DNA of 62,621 nt, filler included, from Choristocarpus tenellus KU-1152 (GCA_964200185.2; 11 parts of 11 records of this genome joined end to end with filler, not necessarily neighbours in it); one strand, 5' to 3'. Positions 37,570 to 50,479 are shown, counted from the first letter of the whole stretch. Numbers and translations are program-made. The notes: a model not told the origin generated them from the letters alone.

Positions 37570-39458
37570 ATGTGTTCTGTGAGTAGTCAAAGTCGCAGGA
37601 CTGGCAGCGCTGTACCCGATCTTAAGACACCATCATCTCACAACAATAATTGGATTACTGTGTTGGCCACTGGCAACACCTTTAATATTGCCGCAAGACG
37701 ATCGTCACAGTCGCGCCATTCGAGTCAACATTCCGTTACGAGTACACAATCTTCATCTTCTAAGTCTAAAGTTGTCGTCAGGCCTTCATTTCTGTCGAGA
37801 CTGCTTAGCATGGTGACTTCTAAGGACCAGAATGCTATATCCTACCATGATGGTGAGACATAACTAGTTTGAGTTGCGCATACATAATACTGAATAATGA
37901 ACTCCTATACTATTCAACACAAGAGTTTTATGTATCATATCCTCATCATCACATTTCTCCTACATAAGTTGTGCCCTCCTCAAATTTCAAAGAATTATCC
38001 CGTCCTTGTTGGAGTGAGGTCTTTCGCGAAGTCAATTGGTGGAGAAGAAGTGGATTTTGATACTATGTTTCGACAAACCATCCGAACGAAGATAACTTCA
38101 TTCCATGTTAGTATTGTACTGAGTACATAATCTTTTCTTCGAGTGGGGATGTGTCTTCTGTCTGGGTACAGCAACCTTTGTGCCTTAATCCTCATTTTAT
38201 ATTAAATTGTTCCTTCTCTAACCCTCGCCAACATCTGTTGTTGGTTCGGTTGTCGCCATGGACAGGAAACGTGTTAGTGCACGACCCCGTTCGTCTCGCC
38301 TCGGAACTGCTCCCACGGTACTTCAGGCACTCCAAGCTCACCTCGTTCCAAAGGCAGCTCTCCTACTTCGGGTTTCGCAAGATCGTGGGGAAGGGCTGGC
38401 TTAAGGTTGGTTCGAAACAGATCCATCGCGTATATAATAGACCCGCCTGGCAAGGAACCTCTATCCACCTCACACTGCATACCAATTCCTTAGCAATGAC
38501 TCTTCAGTGGAAACACAGGCTTAGTCCTTTTTTCGCAGTGGGATTGAAGCAACATTGTGGAAGTTGTAGATTTGTGCTTGGACGTCTTCTTTGTTAACCC
38601 ATTAGAAACGCAGCGACCGCAGGACACCTTCCTTGCATTTGTGGTCTATCGCAATCTAGTTCTGTCGTAATCAAATAAGGGAACTTCCACCTGGCCAACC
38701 ATGGATCTAGTTGACTGGTGGCTATTGCTTGTATTCTCCCGCACCTCTACTCTCGAATACCTTACTTACCTACCACTGTCTTGCGTTTATCTCCGGTTTC
38801 ATTTTGCTTCGTCACGATGATCTCGAAAAGCAAGGTAAATGTTGTCTGTGCATGGTACTGCTGATACACTATCCTCCCCCAATAGATACTGCTCATTCTG
38901 CTAACTCATTCGACACTCTTCCTTTCACTTTCTTCTCATCCATTTCCACCAAATGGTTCACCTCCTTCCTGCCTTCTCTCTGGTCCGTGGGGCAACATGG
39001 AATATGCCAGCCTTCTGTCTTCTTCAACTACTCGCTGCAGGTTTGTAGCAAAGATTTGTGTACTTCGTAGCGCAATGTAATCATTAAAAGTAAGCGAATG
39101 CTACAAGCAATTCTTCGCATTTATACCTTGTCTGTTCACTGGGTCTTTCCCTCCTGCTGCTACAGAATTCTTATATTGTTGCCATAAACCCTCCACGGAT
39201 ATTCCCCTTAAACAACGTTTGTCTCCTCCCACAGGGGAAAGTGCCAGAGACGATACTCACCCTCCGCCGTCAAACCAAGATGTCCTCTAAGGACTCTACC
39301 AAAAGCGAAGCTGGTGTCTCACAGCGCACGCCTTTGTGTAGGAGTGCATCCAGTGCCAAAAAGGGATCAGCTCGTGATATTCAGTTGACATCAATCATCC
39401 ACAACAGGGGTGGGATAGCGATCCCTTCTCCACGGATAATCAACCACTCAAAGCAACA
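37570..39458 (+). CDS. HSF-type DNA-binding transcription factor, 3' truncated
   Basis: Exons 37570-37852, 38266-38405, 39011-39040 and 39235-39458 splice to [72 protein letters not shown]. Confidence 0.92.
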
Positions 39459-40539
39459 NNNNNNNNNNNNNNNNNNNNNNNNNNNNNNNNNNNNNNNNNN
39501 NNTTAATTAATTAANNNNNNNNNNNNNNNNNNNNNNNNNNNNNNNNNNNNNNNNNNNNGGGGTATACCCTCTAAGATGAATGGAGTTGAGGAGGGGTTGG
39601 CCTGCCATGTAGAGTAGACAACAGAACAACATTTGAAGGTTATCGTGATAAGACATAAAAAAGTTATCATGGGCGAGGTGACCAGCGCACAATATATGGA
39701 CACCTGCACCCCCATCATAACAACATAACCACATGTGACCCTACAATTAACCTTTTGTTGCAAGTGTACTTTAAAGCAACACACATTGTTGCATGTATGT
39801 ATGTATATGTGTGTGTGTTCGTATGTATGTGTATGGAAGTGGTAAGTAATACATCAAATAGCGAAAAAAAATAGCAGTGAAGAATAGTAAGCTATAGAAT
39901 TATCACAATGAAAATTATGACATTTCTACAGCACACAGTTGATCGGTAGGGCGACTGATATAGAGTTCTGAGATGTTCCATTCTCAGCCTGTGTTTCAAT
40001 GCTTGGGGTGGGTGGTATACATGTAGAAATATGTATGTGTGAGAGGTCAAGGGAACACATGCTGCCTCCCACGTTCTCAGGATGGTGGGATCAAGTACAC
40101 ACGTACACACGTATAAGTCAATGTGCCGCACATACTTACATCAATTTTCCTCCCTACCAGGGTGCGTTTGATGCACAATGCTCACATTCTGTGCAAGCAC
40201 GGTGGTGTGGCGAAATATGAGATCTCAAAGTGCACTGTTCTTTTTGTTCCTATCAATAGTGTGAGATTAAAAATGTTGCTTGTAACTTAAAACCAAGTAT
40301 CAATTGAACTCTTTGAGCAGGAGAAGTGCTTCAAGATAATTTTTTTCTTCTTCTCCTGAATAACCTCTCATTCATTTGACTTCTTCGAAGTATGAGGCAA
40401 AGATCAGCACTAAATGCCTGCAACTACCGAGGTGATGCAAACTAAGAGCACACATTGCGCGCGATCGCCACAGGTTGCCAATAACCCTTGCATCTAACTC
40501 TGTGTAATAAACTATAAAAAAAGGTGTCTAGAACCCTAA

Positions 40540-42421
40540 CTAATGAACTTTAGGGTCTTCCCGCAATTTCACAGTTGGGCCATCTCCTATACAACCTTCC
40601 AGCCATGCATCCCCAGCAGCCAAGTAATCCTCATGACCCTCACAGTCGGTCCCCATACGCCCCACTTGCAAACCTATTGGTAAACTCTCAAAGTTCCATC
40701 CTTGGCCAGGTGCAGTGGGGGCCAAATCTCTAGTCATCCCATAGTTTGCTTCCAGCAGGCAGTCAAAGAGACTGTTTGCAGAGAATGGCTTCTTTAAACG
40801 GCCTGAGGGTGACCCTAGTCTATGTTGTCTCACTCTCCCCTTCCCCTTTCTACCTCCAATACTACTACAACCACCATCCCAGCCACATATGTCACTATAA
40901 ATCATCCCAGCTCGATTCATTCTATTCTGAACCACTTCATCAACAGCATGTTTACTAACCAACTTGCTGCGTTTACCATCCCCTCGTCCTAGTTTAATAC
41001 AATTTGCGGCCCACACCCGACTATTTTCCGCTCCTTGACCCATGTGCTCTCCTAATGCATCGTTTGCTTTTACTGGGTCTGAATCTACAACAGCCTGTCC
41101 ATTACCTCCTCGAGCTTTTGTTTCCGTTTGCACCTCATGTGAAGAATCTTTTGGTGGGGGTTGTGATCCCTTCCGAGGATTAGGACAGCAGGCTTCAGCG
41201 GAGCCTAATGCCATACTTTTCCCGGCATTCTTGTTGTTGAGGAGAGGGTGACTTGATGGCTTACCTATTGCTAGGAGCTTCACAGAGTGAAGCTCTCGCT
41301 GCAAGAGAGCCAACCGCTCGACACCTCTGGGCCGCACAGGACGCGATGTCCATGTGGACCGTTCACTGAGAGGGCCGAGTGGAGTATTTGGACTTATTTT
41401 CTGCATCTTACTGACTCCCCTAACGGACGTGCGACCAATGTGTAAATTCCTAGAGGCAAGATTTTGATTCAGTTCGACCTTTGACATACGTGTCTGTATG
41501 AGAGAGGCTTCACCCCTGCCTGCCTGATGATTGTGCACCAATCGGGCGTAGTCCCTGGCCCCCATATCCCTGCTGTCATGGAGAGACTTCCGTGGTAAAT
41601 CTCTCACAGTGCCACGAATAGTAGCTCGAAATTCGTCGGTTATGGTACCAGCGGGGGTGAACGTATCCACACCGTGGGAGAAGGCCGTTCGAATGCCAGT
41701 ATGACTCAAGTCTGGGATGGGGACAGGCTGAATTGCTGATCGACGCCATGCCGCTTCATCTGTTTTATATTCGAGCGTATGAGCAGGAAGATATTGGGTG
41801 TAGGATATGTAGGGTATTTATTATCTAGAAGCAGATACGATCGAAGCCATGCAATATTCTCAGACTAGGGACTGTGGGCGGAGAGGTCAGGGGTTGTCCT
41901 ACAGTATACTAGGAATAGTCAAGTCTTGGACGATACGGAGTAGAATGAAGGATTGCACTATTGTGAAACTAGTGCCTGCATTTTTCGGCTAAATCAATAG
42001 ACTACCTCCTTGACTGGATTAGGGGCGTGGGTGCTCAGGCACGCACACTGCAGCCACTACCTGTGCAAAGCACTGCGAGCCGAGGTTTCCAGTCCTTCGG
42101 AAAAAAAAATGTCCACGACTATAGTTCTTTCCTTCTTTCTATTTCAGCTATGAAAAACAATGTGGTGATGAATACTCCAAAGCAACTCAACCCTCTAAAA
42201 TACTGACCCTCTATTGGAGTGTGCATGCCACTGGCGAAACGATCGAGGTACGGATGTGGTCCTGCTGGTATGGTGCGAGATCTCGGGACCATAATGTTCG
42301 AAGGGTCCTTGCTTTCATCAAGCAGGATACCAGTCGCATCTTTCTCCAGATAAGGAGAGCTATCGTTTGTCAGAGAATTTGAGATCTCGGTGTTCTCTGT
42401 CACTCTGCTCGATGGCATCAT
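40540..42421 (-). CDS. Hypothetical multi-exon protein
   Basis: ~400-codon open exon 40540-41760 and a probable first exon from ATG 42421 (MMPSSRVTEN...); no recognisable domain. Confidence 0.55.
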
Positions 42422-42638
42422 CCCCCAAATGCCTACAACCGATCATCAACCTCCAGCGAAGTACCGATACAGTAGTAATTCAACCCTATGAAACCGACTA
42501 TATCTGCACGCCTTCCCAGGTATGTTGGGTAGAATACAGTTAAGATGTACATCCGTTGAGGTTGCACCTGGTGTTCTTGCGTTTAACTCTGCTGGGAGGG
42601 CACGGCGTCTCCCCTTCTGTTGGGGACATCCTTGAGAA

Positions 42639-44112
42639 ATGTGGGAACCTGTGCAAAAGGAATCAAAACAAGGATCTACTAGCAACAGTACGTTTTCAGA
42701 CCTGAACGAGAGTCAACATGTTGAATCGGCCAGGGAGAAAAACGCAGGCAACACTGCCTACAAGGTAGTCTTCAAGCTGAAGGATGACTTGCGTCTTCCA
42801 CATCAATGGTTGGCATCCTTGACTGGGGTTTGAATCAATGAGGACGAAATCTAAGATGTTTTGTAATATCTCTCGACACGAGGTGAACCAAGTCGTCGTA
42901 CAGCGATCCAAGATGAACAATGAGTTGGCGCGAACCCCTCACACCAAGTGACTGGGGGAGGGAATTGCTTAGGGAGATTTTAATTATTGTAGTTATAGTG
43001 TGGGAGAGATCCTGGTACTCATGCTGCACTACCGTATGGAAGAGGATATAGGAGTAGCAGACAGACGGGAGGACATATCCTCCCTCCTTGCAAATAGCGA
43101 ACTAAGGATTCTCTACGACAAATCACAACCTCGCCCTCCTAACTCAGTCCGGAGATCTGCGCAGAGCTCTGCAACACTACACTAAGGCCATTGAGCTGAC
43201 CCCCAGTGACCATATTCTATACTCAAACCGCTCAATGGCGCTGGGTTCGTTGGGAATGTGGCAGGAATCGGAGCAGGTAAGTGAAGAATGAGATGGGATG
43301 TGTGCGCGTGTGTTTGTGTGTCTGCATTGTTGAGAAAATGAAGGAATTCTAGCCATTACAGTCGAGCATAAATGAAACTGTTGCATATCTCGGGAGTTGC
43401 AAGTCTGTTCGAGTACCCCATCTTAAATACCCCCATGTTGTTTTGTATCATGTCTTTCTCGTGGCCTACCTAGAGTTTCTAGATGCCTTCAATACTGATA
43501 GTAGATGACTTACGAGGTGGATAATTTGGTGAACAGAGCTCTCCACATCATTTGACAGTGTACACTAGGTTGGTGCATTTCCGTACAAGACCCGAAAATG
43601 TCCTCTGTCTACTCCTTTAGTTATGATTTTGGAGTACCTGAACGGGCTAAAGCGCTCGGATGCATAACTAACCCTTCGCATCTTAAGAACACGTAGAATA
43701 TTTGGCTAGTCCGCTGCAGAGACATTTGCAAACGCAGGTCGCTCTCCACAGTATCATGTCTGCTGACAGGAGTTGTTTTGGTGGTAATGAGTTAGTGGAT
43801 AGTACCTACCTTCTGAGACTTTGAATTACATCAGCTTCCATGTGAAAGTGAGTATAACAGCACAAGCAATGCACTATGGGACTTGTGGAGCATAAGACCC
43901 ATGGCAAAAGTGCCTCATGAACTCTCCTGCCCCACCACCACCCCCCATTACTTCTCTTTTGCCCATCCTCTTTAGTCACCAGTGATGCATGGATGTGTGG
44001 TACCACCTACACGCAACTCTTGGTTTTGATGTACTTATTTTGCTGAATACCAGTGTGGTCTATAGTCCTAGTGTCCTTTGGTCTTGACTGACCTGTCTGT
44101 ATCATGGGATGG

Positions 44113-44155
<43 letters not shown>

Positions 44156-45774
44156 ACCCTTGCCCAGGCTGCAGCCAAGGCGGTGGAACTCTCCCCGGGA
44201 TTCATCAAGGGTCACTTCCGATTGGTGAAGGCTCAACTTGAGCAGGTGTGTGGAAGATATTTTTCGTTGGAATTGCCCATTGTGTTGTTTTGCTGTGGCG
44301 ATGAGTGGTGAAAGCTTGTGACAAGTGCCAAGGCAGGGGCTCAACCTGCTGCCTATGAAAAGAGAGGAGTGGATTAGCTGGTGGACCTACTAAGTGCAAA
44401 TAGTTTCAGTCCTTTCCTTCAAGCAAAGCACAGATGGTTGTTGGTAGTGGTAAAAAGCTATCCGCTCAAGCTGTCATTTGCTATGACATCTCCTCATCAA
44501 CAAGCCACACAACCTTTAGCATACACTGGCTTTGCTATGGTCTTTCGTGTTATCATGTGCTTTCTATTTCTTGTGGATTTGCTGCTCAAGGGAGAACTTG
44601 CTCAGGCACTGGTTTCCAGTGATCGGGGCATGCAGGCAGACCGTGATGAGAATGGAGGGGAGCTATCTGCTAGGGGAAAGGAACTTCAACGGCTTTCAGG
44701 TTAGGCAACACGTCTGTACGCATTGGAAGATGTGTGTTCTGTGCTGTGGAGGCGCAGTGCTCACCTTACCCTCGCCCATACAGGTTTTGCAGTTTGCTTT
44801 TGTCTTTTTTTGTTCCTCCTGTTGGATAAGAGGTGAGTAAAATGAGGCTTGAAGCGCCCCCTGCGTCTTGTGTGTGTCTGTGTGCAGGTATTTGTGTGGC
44901 TAGTTCAGCTTACACCTCTTGTACCTATTGCTAGAGGCACGGGCCTTTTCTCAGCAGAACAAGGCTGCTGTTTTACGATGGCAATCCTCTCGGAAGTCTT
45001 CATCCCCCACCCTCAAACATCGATACCCTAACCCCAAGTTAGTCCTAGTCCTATCCCTAACCCCAACCCCAGCAATAGTCCCGACCTACAATATCCTAGC
45101 AGTGATACCAATCCCCAGCCTTAGCCATAGCCACAGTCATAGCCTTCACCGAACAAGTCTAACATTATCACTTAGGCAACCCTAAATCTAAATGTCCCAG
45201 CCATAGCCCTAGCAATGAGCCAAACATGACCTCAAGAGCACAAGCTGTTTCAGAACAGAACTGAAGACCTAGCCCTATCCCTAGCCCTAACCCTTTCTCT
45301 CGACAAAAACCTTGACCAAGATTTTCACATCGAAACAAATGCCTGCCAAGCCTACAATGGTTCCTATACACAACACTGCGTTTTGGAAGCACCAAAAGAA
45401 GCAAATAAATGTCAAGGGTATCGGAGGAAAAATAAAAATGACTCATCACTGCCCCTGCCCCTGCCCCTGTCCCGGCCCTGGCCCCTATGCCCATCACCCC
45501 TACAGGTGCTGCAGCTGCCAAACTTGTGAGTATGCGGAGTAGGAAAGGAGGCATGGGGGATGGTACTTCAGGAGGAGATGGAGATGAGGGCGATGGAGGG
45601 AGGGAAGGGGCAGACCCTGTAATGAGGGTGGGTGAGGGAAGTGTCAAGGGTGGTTATGAAGGTAGAGGTGGAAGTGGAGGTGGACAGGGGTTGTCTATGC
45701 TGTGGAAGCCGTCTCTGAAGGACTTCAAGGTGGTGCAGGAGCTGGGCACTGGGAACTTCTCATCTATTGTCAAG
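42639..45774 (+). CDS. TPR-domain Ser/Thr protein kinase (AGC/PDK1-like), 3' truncated
   Basis: Exons 42639-42764, 43148-43276, 44168-44245, 44591-44699 and 45506-45774. TPR clamp pattern EKNAGNTAYK / YTKAIEL / LYSNRS / KAVELSPGFIKGHFR, then kinase subdomain I LKDFKVVQELGTGNFSSIVK. Confidence 0.85.
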
Positions 45775-46039
45775 GTGAGTTGCAATTGTAGTATAAATGC
45801 TCCTGTATGCCCAGCACTTCATTTCTTACCAGCAGTATTGTTGTTGCAATCGGTTGTGCTAAGGGTTAGGGTTAGGGGATTGTACTGTGGTCTACGCTTC
45901 CGGACTAAACTGGTTCAGATCGCACCATGCTGTACTCCACTGTAGTGATGTTTGAATGTTCAAAATATTGTATTGTGCGTATGCCGTTTTGAAGGACTCC
46001 ATTCATCCCTTGGCGTATGCTTTCCACTCCTTGCCCTCT

Positions 46040-46064
46040 TTCTGTCTCTCTCTCTCTCTCTCTG

Positions 46065-46096
<32 letters not shown>
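46040..46096. repeat. (CT)n microsatellite
   Basis: Directly visible. Confidence 0.85.
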
Positions 46097-49050
46097 ATGT
46101 TAAATGCCGTTGTGGATTGTGCCTTTGTAGGTCTTCGCTATGTGCCTCGTTAATTTCAATGGGTTGGTTAAGGGAAAGAGTTAGGGTTAGGGCTATAGTT
46201 TTGTAAAGTGGGGGGGGAGTACTCTGTAGCACATCAGTACAATGGGGGACCCTGTCCAATTGACTTGATCGGGGGAGAGCTGCTTTGCGTGTTAGCAATG
46301 GAGGAGAGCAAAAACATGTTTATATATGAACACACCAGCTGAGTTTCTGTTACTGAATGTGATGCGTTGCGTCAATCAATTGTCAATTGTTAACTCTTAT
46401 TAAATGATGCTATGCTTCGTACAAGTAGTGTTAGGGTATTTTTCATAGTTATCAACACATGTTACAGCATTAGGGTTAGGGTCTTGACCGTCTTACCCCA
46501 GGGCGGTGAGGATCAGAGAATGGTCCTAAACCAAGGACATGCTTCCACTGCAACTGAAGCGAAAAAATCTACTAGACTATGGTTTCAGTGCCCTCCCAAT
46601 TTGAAACCTCATGTGATTGCGTGGCAACCAAACCAAGTCAAGACTTTATGCTGAGTAGCGCTCTGGTTCATGCTGTTCGAGAAGGTTTGACAGAAGTGTC
46701 AGTAGTTGTCATAGACTCTCTCGTCTCTTGACGGCGAACTGTGGGTTGTTTTTCATTTTCAGTATGATGATGGCTCTGTTTGTTGCGTCCGCTCCTCTCT
46801 GTTGATTGTTTAAGCAGGCTTGATTATGGGTATTGCTTTTTGTCATCCCCGCCCCCCCCCCCCCCTTCCCCCCACCCCCCAGACTCTGACACGAGAACTC
46901 CCCCCTCTCTTGTTGCGTGAGGCGGTAAATGANNNNNNNNNNNNNNNNNNNNNNNNNNNNNNNNNNNNNNNNNNNNTTAATTAATTAANNNNNNNNNNNN
47001 NNNNNNNNNNNNNNNNNNNNNNNNNNNNNNNNCCCCCCTCCCAGATACTTTGGGTCTTCGAGGTGTTGAGTGCCAGCTTTGTTCATGGGGTGCCGACAAT
47101 TTGCCTGTGGTGTGCGGACAGGGTGAGCAACTCTAATTTTTTTCTAACTAGTAATTACTACGGAACAATATTTTCTTCGGGTATACAAAATTTGTATTGG
47201 TTTGCAGTACCACATTAAGGAACGTTGAAAGAAATATAAAAAACACCCTCTCAAAGTCTAGTTATTTCCTGTGTGTGCGTTGTGCAACATTACTACCACA
47301 CTTGAGAACATTCACTGAATTTCTACAAATATTCAAAGTAGAAATGTTTATGTTTCTTTCTCCTCAGATATCTAAGTTGTTCGTTTGTTTCTGTTCTTGT
47401 CAAGGGCCTCGAACAACACATGTCCACCACAACACCACTGTCTTACACAAATATTTTCACAGTCGCACCCATAACCCTTCCCCAATAACACCAAATATCG
47501 TCGTGGCACAGCAGGATGCACAACTGGGTCCCCGCGCCATCTCCCTTCAGGCTATCCTCATCCCTGAATTCACAGACATTCACCACAACAACCTGGACAA
47601 CACGTTCACCATCCTCCCCGGTTATTGAGGTGGGCAAGGTGGTGGTGCAGATGAGGAGGGATGAAGAGGCGGGGACAGGTATGACTGGGGGTGGGGCAGG
47701 GGGAACAGGTAAGGGAGTGTTTGGGGTGGTACGGTGGCTAGGTGAGGCCGGGATGGCAGTGCTGGGAGTGTTTGTGTCAGTAGGTGGCAGGGTTGTGAGA
47801 CATTGGGAGAAGTCAAAGTTAGTACAGCGAGGCCAAGGCCCAGAGTGGAATGTATCTCTTGCCATTCAGTAGGTGGGGGTTGTGAGAAATCACTGTAGTT
47901 CAGCCAGTAGTTGCCGCAGCACATGTGGAGAACGAATGACGACCAAGACCAGGTGCCAACAGGACAGTGAAGGACGAGGGGGCAGGTGGTGATGTGAGGT
48001 GCTGCAACAGTCCAGTGAAGACAGCTTGCCAATGTGCAATGAGATGGAGATTCCCGATGCCAGAGGCAGTAATGAGGTGGGCAAGGGAGGAAAGGTAGGA
48101 TAAGGAGTGGTGGGTGGTGAGGAAAAGGGAGTGATGGGCAGTGCGTGCAGTGCAGCCAGAATTGACTATGAATAAGGTAAGGTCAGGGGTGGGTGTGTCT
48201 TGTAGTGGGGGTGTGTGGTTGGTCGGTTGAGTGGGAACAGAAGGACAGTTGGGGCATTGGCACGAGTGGTGACCAGGTTGGCCGCAGTAGCGGCAGTGGC
48301 GGCTTGAGCAGTGAGAGCAAGGTTGGGAGGTCCCCAACTCAGCATTAACTTTGTAGAGGCGCAGGAGCCACTGATTGGGATCCTCACCAGTTTCCATCAT
48401 ACAGTGCTTGGACCGGTGATGAACAGCACACATCCGTTGTTCCATCACAGCTTCGTGTTTGGGGTTCAGGGCCTGCCATGCTGGCAGGCCATCGTTGAGG
48501 TTAGTCTGATCATGCTGCTGGCGTCCGTGAAGGTCTTCTGCAGGTCCACGGCAGGTAGTAAGGAGAATGCTGAACAGTTGGTCATTGTCTTCTTCATGTT
48601 TGGTGGGGGGGGAAGTGAGAGTGATGGAAGGATGGGAAGTATGCCGGATCGAAACTCGACGGACCTGAGGGGTCACACTGCTCAAGATGCTCACAACGTT
48701 GAGTTTCAACACGTCCCAGGGGAAGTCATCGCCCGGGGAGATAGTTAGTTTCAGCTTGTATTCCATTGGAGTACAGTGGTGTAATCTGGTGTGGTGAGGG
48801 TGGTGAGTAGTAATGGAAGGACGGGAAGTGCGGTGGATGTAAACTCGATTGGCCCCTGGGGCCACACAAGTCAAGATGCCCACAACATTGAGTTTGAACG
48901 CGTCCCAGGAGGGGTCATCACCAGGGGAGATTGGTAGTTTCAGCTTGTGTTCCACGGTGGTAGAGTTATGTTGTCTGGTGTGGTGAGGGTGATGGGTAGT
49001 ACAACACAAGATTGAGCAAATATGGTGTAGTATGTGTCAATCAAGAGTTG

Positions 49051-49062
49051 AGGCTCATAACC
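49051..49062 (-). other. Primer-binding site GGTTATGAGCC(T), half-tRNA-iMet type
   Basis: Directly follows the LTR end ...TTCAACA on the minus strand. Confidence 0.75.
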
Positions 49063-49740
49063 TGTTGAAGCCTGAATCGAATGACGCATGCTTTCATGTG
49101 CAATGGGAAGTTTGTGATGCGAAGAGGTGTCAATAGTGCCACAAAGCACCGGTGAATTTGTTCTGTTAAAACTGAAGTCATGACTTGATTAGTCAGAAGA
49201 TAGATGATGTGTATCGATGTTCTTCCTTAGTACACTCAAAGGAAGAAATGCATGCTTTATTAGGAAGAGGCTTGTTGCCTTGGCGGACAAGGGTTTCTGT
49301 GGGTGATTTAAGAGTGAAAGTATCTTAGAGGGTACGAGTTTTGCCCTGTTTGTCCATTTGGAGCTTGCCTTCCCTCGCGTGTTTTTATGACATTTTCCCT
49401 CTCCAAAATATTTCGGAGTACGTAAAATGTGTACGTTATGAAAAGGTGTGTCCACAACAAGGATATTGACACTTCCTAACAAACACGATAGCCAAGATTA
49501 CATCAAAATCGCAACATTTGATTTTGGCTCCCAAATGGACGCGGCTCTATCCTCTAAGATACTTTGGCTCTTAACTCTGAATATATGGCATCCAGGTGTG
49601 CGTCAGGTACACCTAACGCGGCGGAGTGATATGAGGGGGCAACGCTAACCAAGAAAAATAATCACTAACAATTGACATAAAACTGGAGTCTTCCTTTGTT
49701 AAGAAGAAGGAAGGGAAAAATAATAAACGAAGAATCAACA
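49063..49740 (-). repeat. Copia 5' LTR (TGTTGA...TCAACA) containing a MITE insertion
   Basis: Inner end fixed by the PBS; outer end inferred from TCAACA at 49735-49740. Confidence 0.6.
49312..49570 (+). mobile_element. MITE family A (Sola2-like), TSD TTAA, nested in the LTR
   Basis: Both TIRs present; TTAA on both flanks. Confidence 0.92.
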
Positions 49741-49830
49741 CAACAAACTTGAATCATAGTCTGATGTAATTCAAACGACACATATTATGCCTATATGTGT
49801 GATGTGTAGGGACTGTTCTAATGCTTCCTA

Positions 49831-50357
49831 GGGTCAAAGTATCTGGGCGGGAGGGGGTGTCGGCGTCCGTTTTTCAACCTTTTTTCGATTTTCACTTTTT
49901 TGCAGTGATTTGATCGCACGTGTCGGATTTGAAATGTCATAAAAAAAAAGAGTTGTTTGACCGAAACGGACGCCCCCTCAAAAACTATGCAAAAGAGAGC
50001 TATTCCAATAGTCTTTTCATTATGTTGTATGGATGTATTTATTAGCGGAGTGAGCACTACCCTCGAGGTGGGGGGGGTGCTCTTCCTTGTTATCTAATGC
50101 ATACGTCAGCAAACACGTCAGAAATATGTTTGTGACAGTTACACTACGTCAGCCACGTATATTGAACAGAAATAAAAGATCAATCCACTGAGCCTCGAAC
50201 ATCTTACTCTAGGTATACAGAAATAAGTCCTTGACTCTCACTTCATTCAGGCAATAATTTTGTTGTATAGTACTGGTCATTAAATACATAACACGTTATA
50301 GACTACCTACCCTATATTGCATACAAACCACCCCCCACCCCCCAGATACTTTGACCC
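49831..50357 (+). mobile_element. MITE family C (~530 bp)
   Basis: Perfect 17-bp TIR GGGTCAAAGTATCTGGG / CCCAGATACTTTGACCC; CTA duplicated on the flanks. Confidence 0.85.
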
Positions 50358-50479
50358 CTATTTACTGCAGTGTTTTGAGTATGAGCTAGTGATGGAAGTG
50401 AACGTAATGACTAGCACAGTCGACCAATAAACAGTCAGTATGGATTAGTGGCACTGTATGGTATCAAGAAAAAAAATGA

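Larger units (their letters stand above)
47440..49740 (-). mobile_element. Truncated Ty1/Copia retrotransposon (5' LTR, PBS, gag, protease, start of integrase)
   Basis: Gag motifs AWQALNPKH and GEDPNQW, zinc knuckle CRYCGQPGHHSCQC, and protease FIVNSGCT (DSG mutated to NSG) plus ASGIGNL. No matching 3' LTR. Confidence 0.85.
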
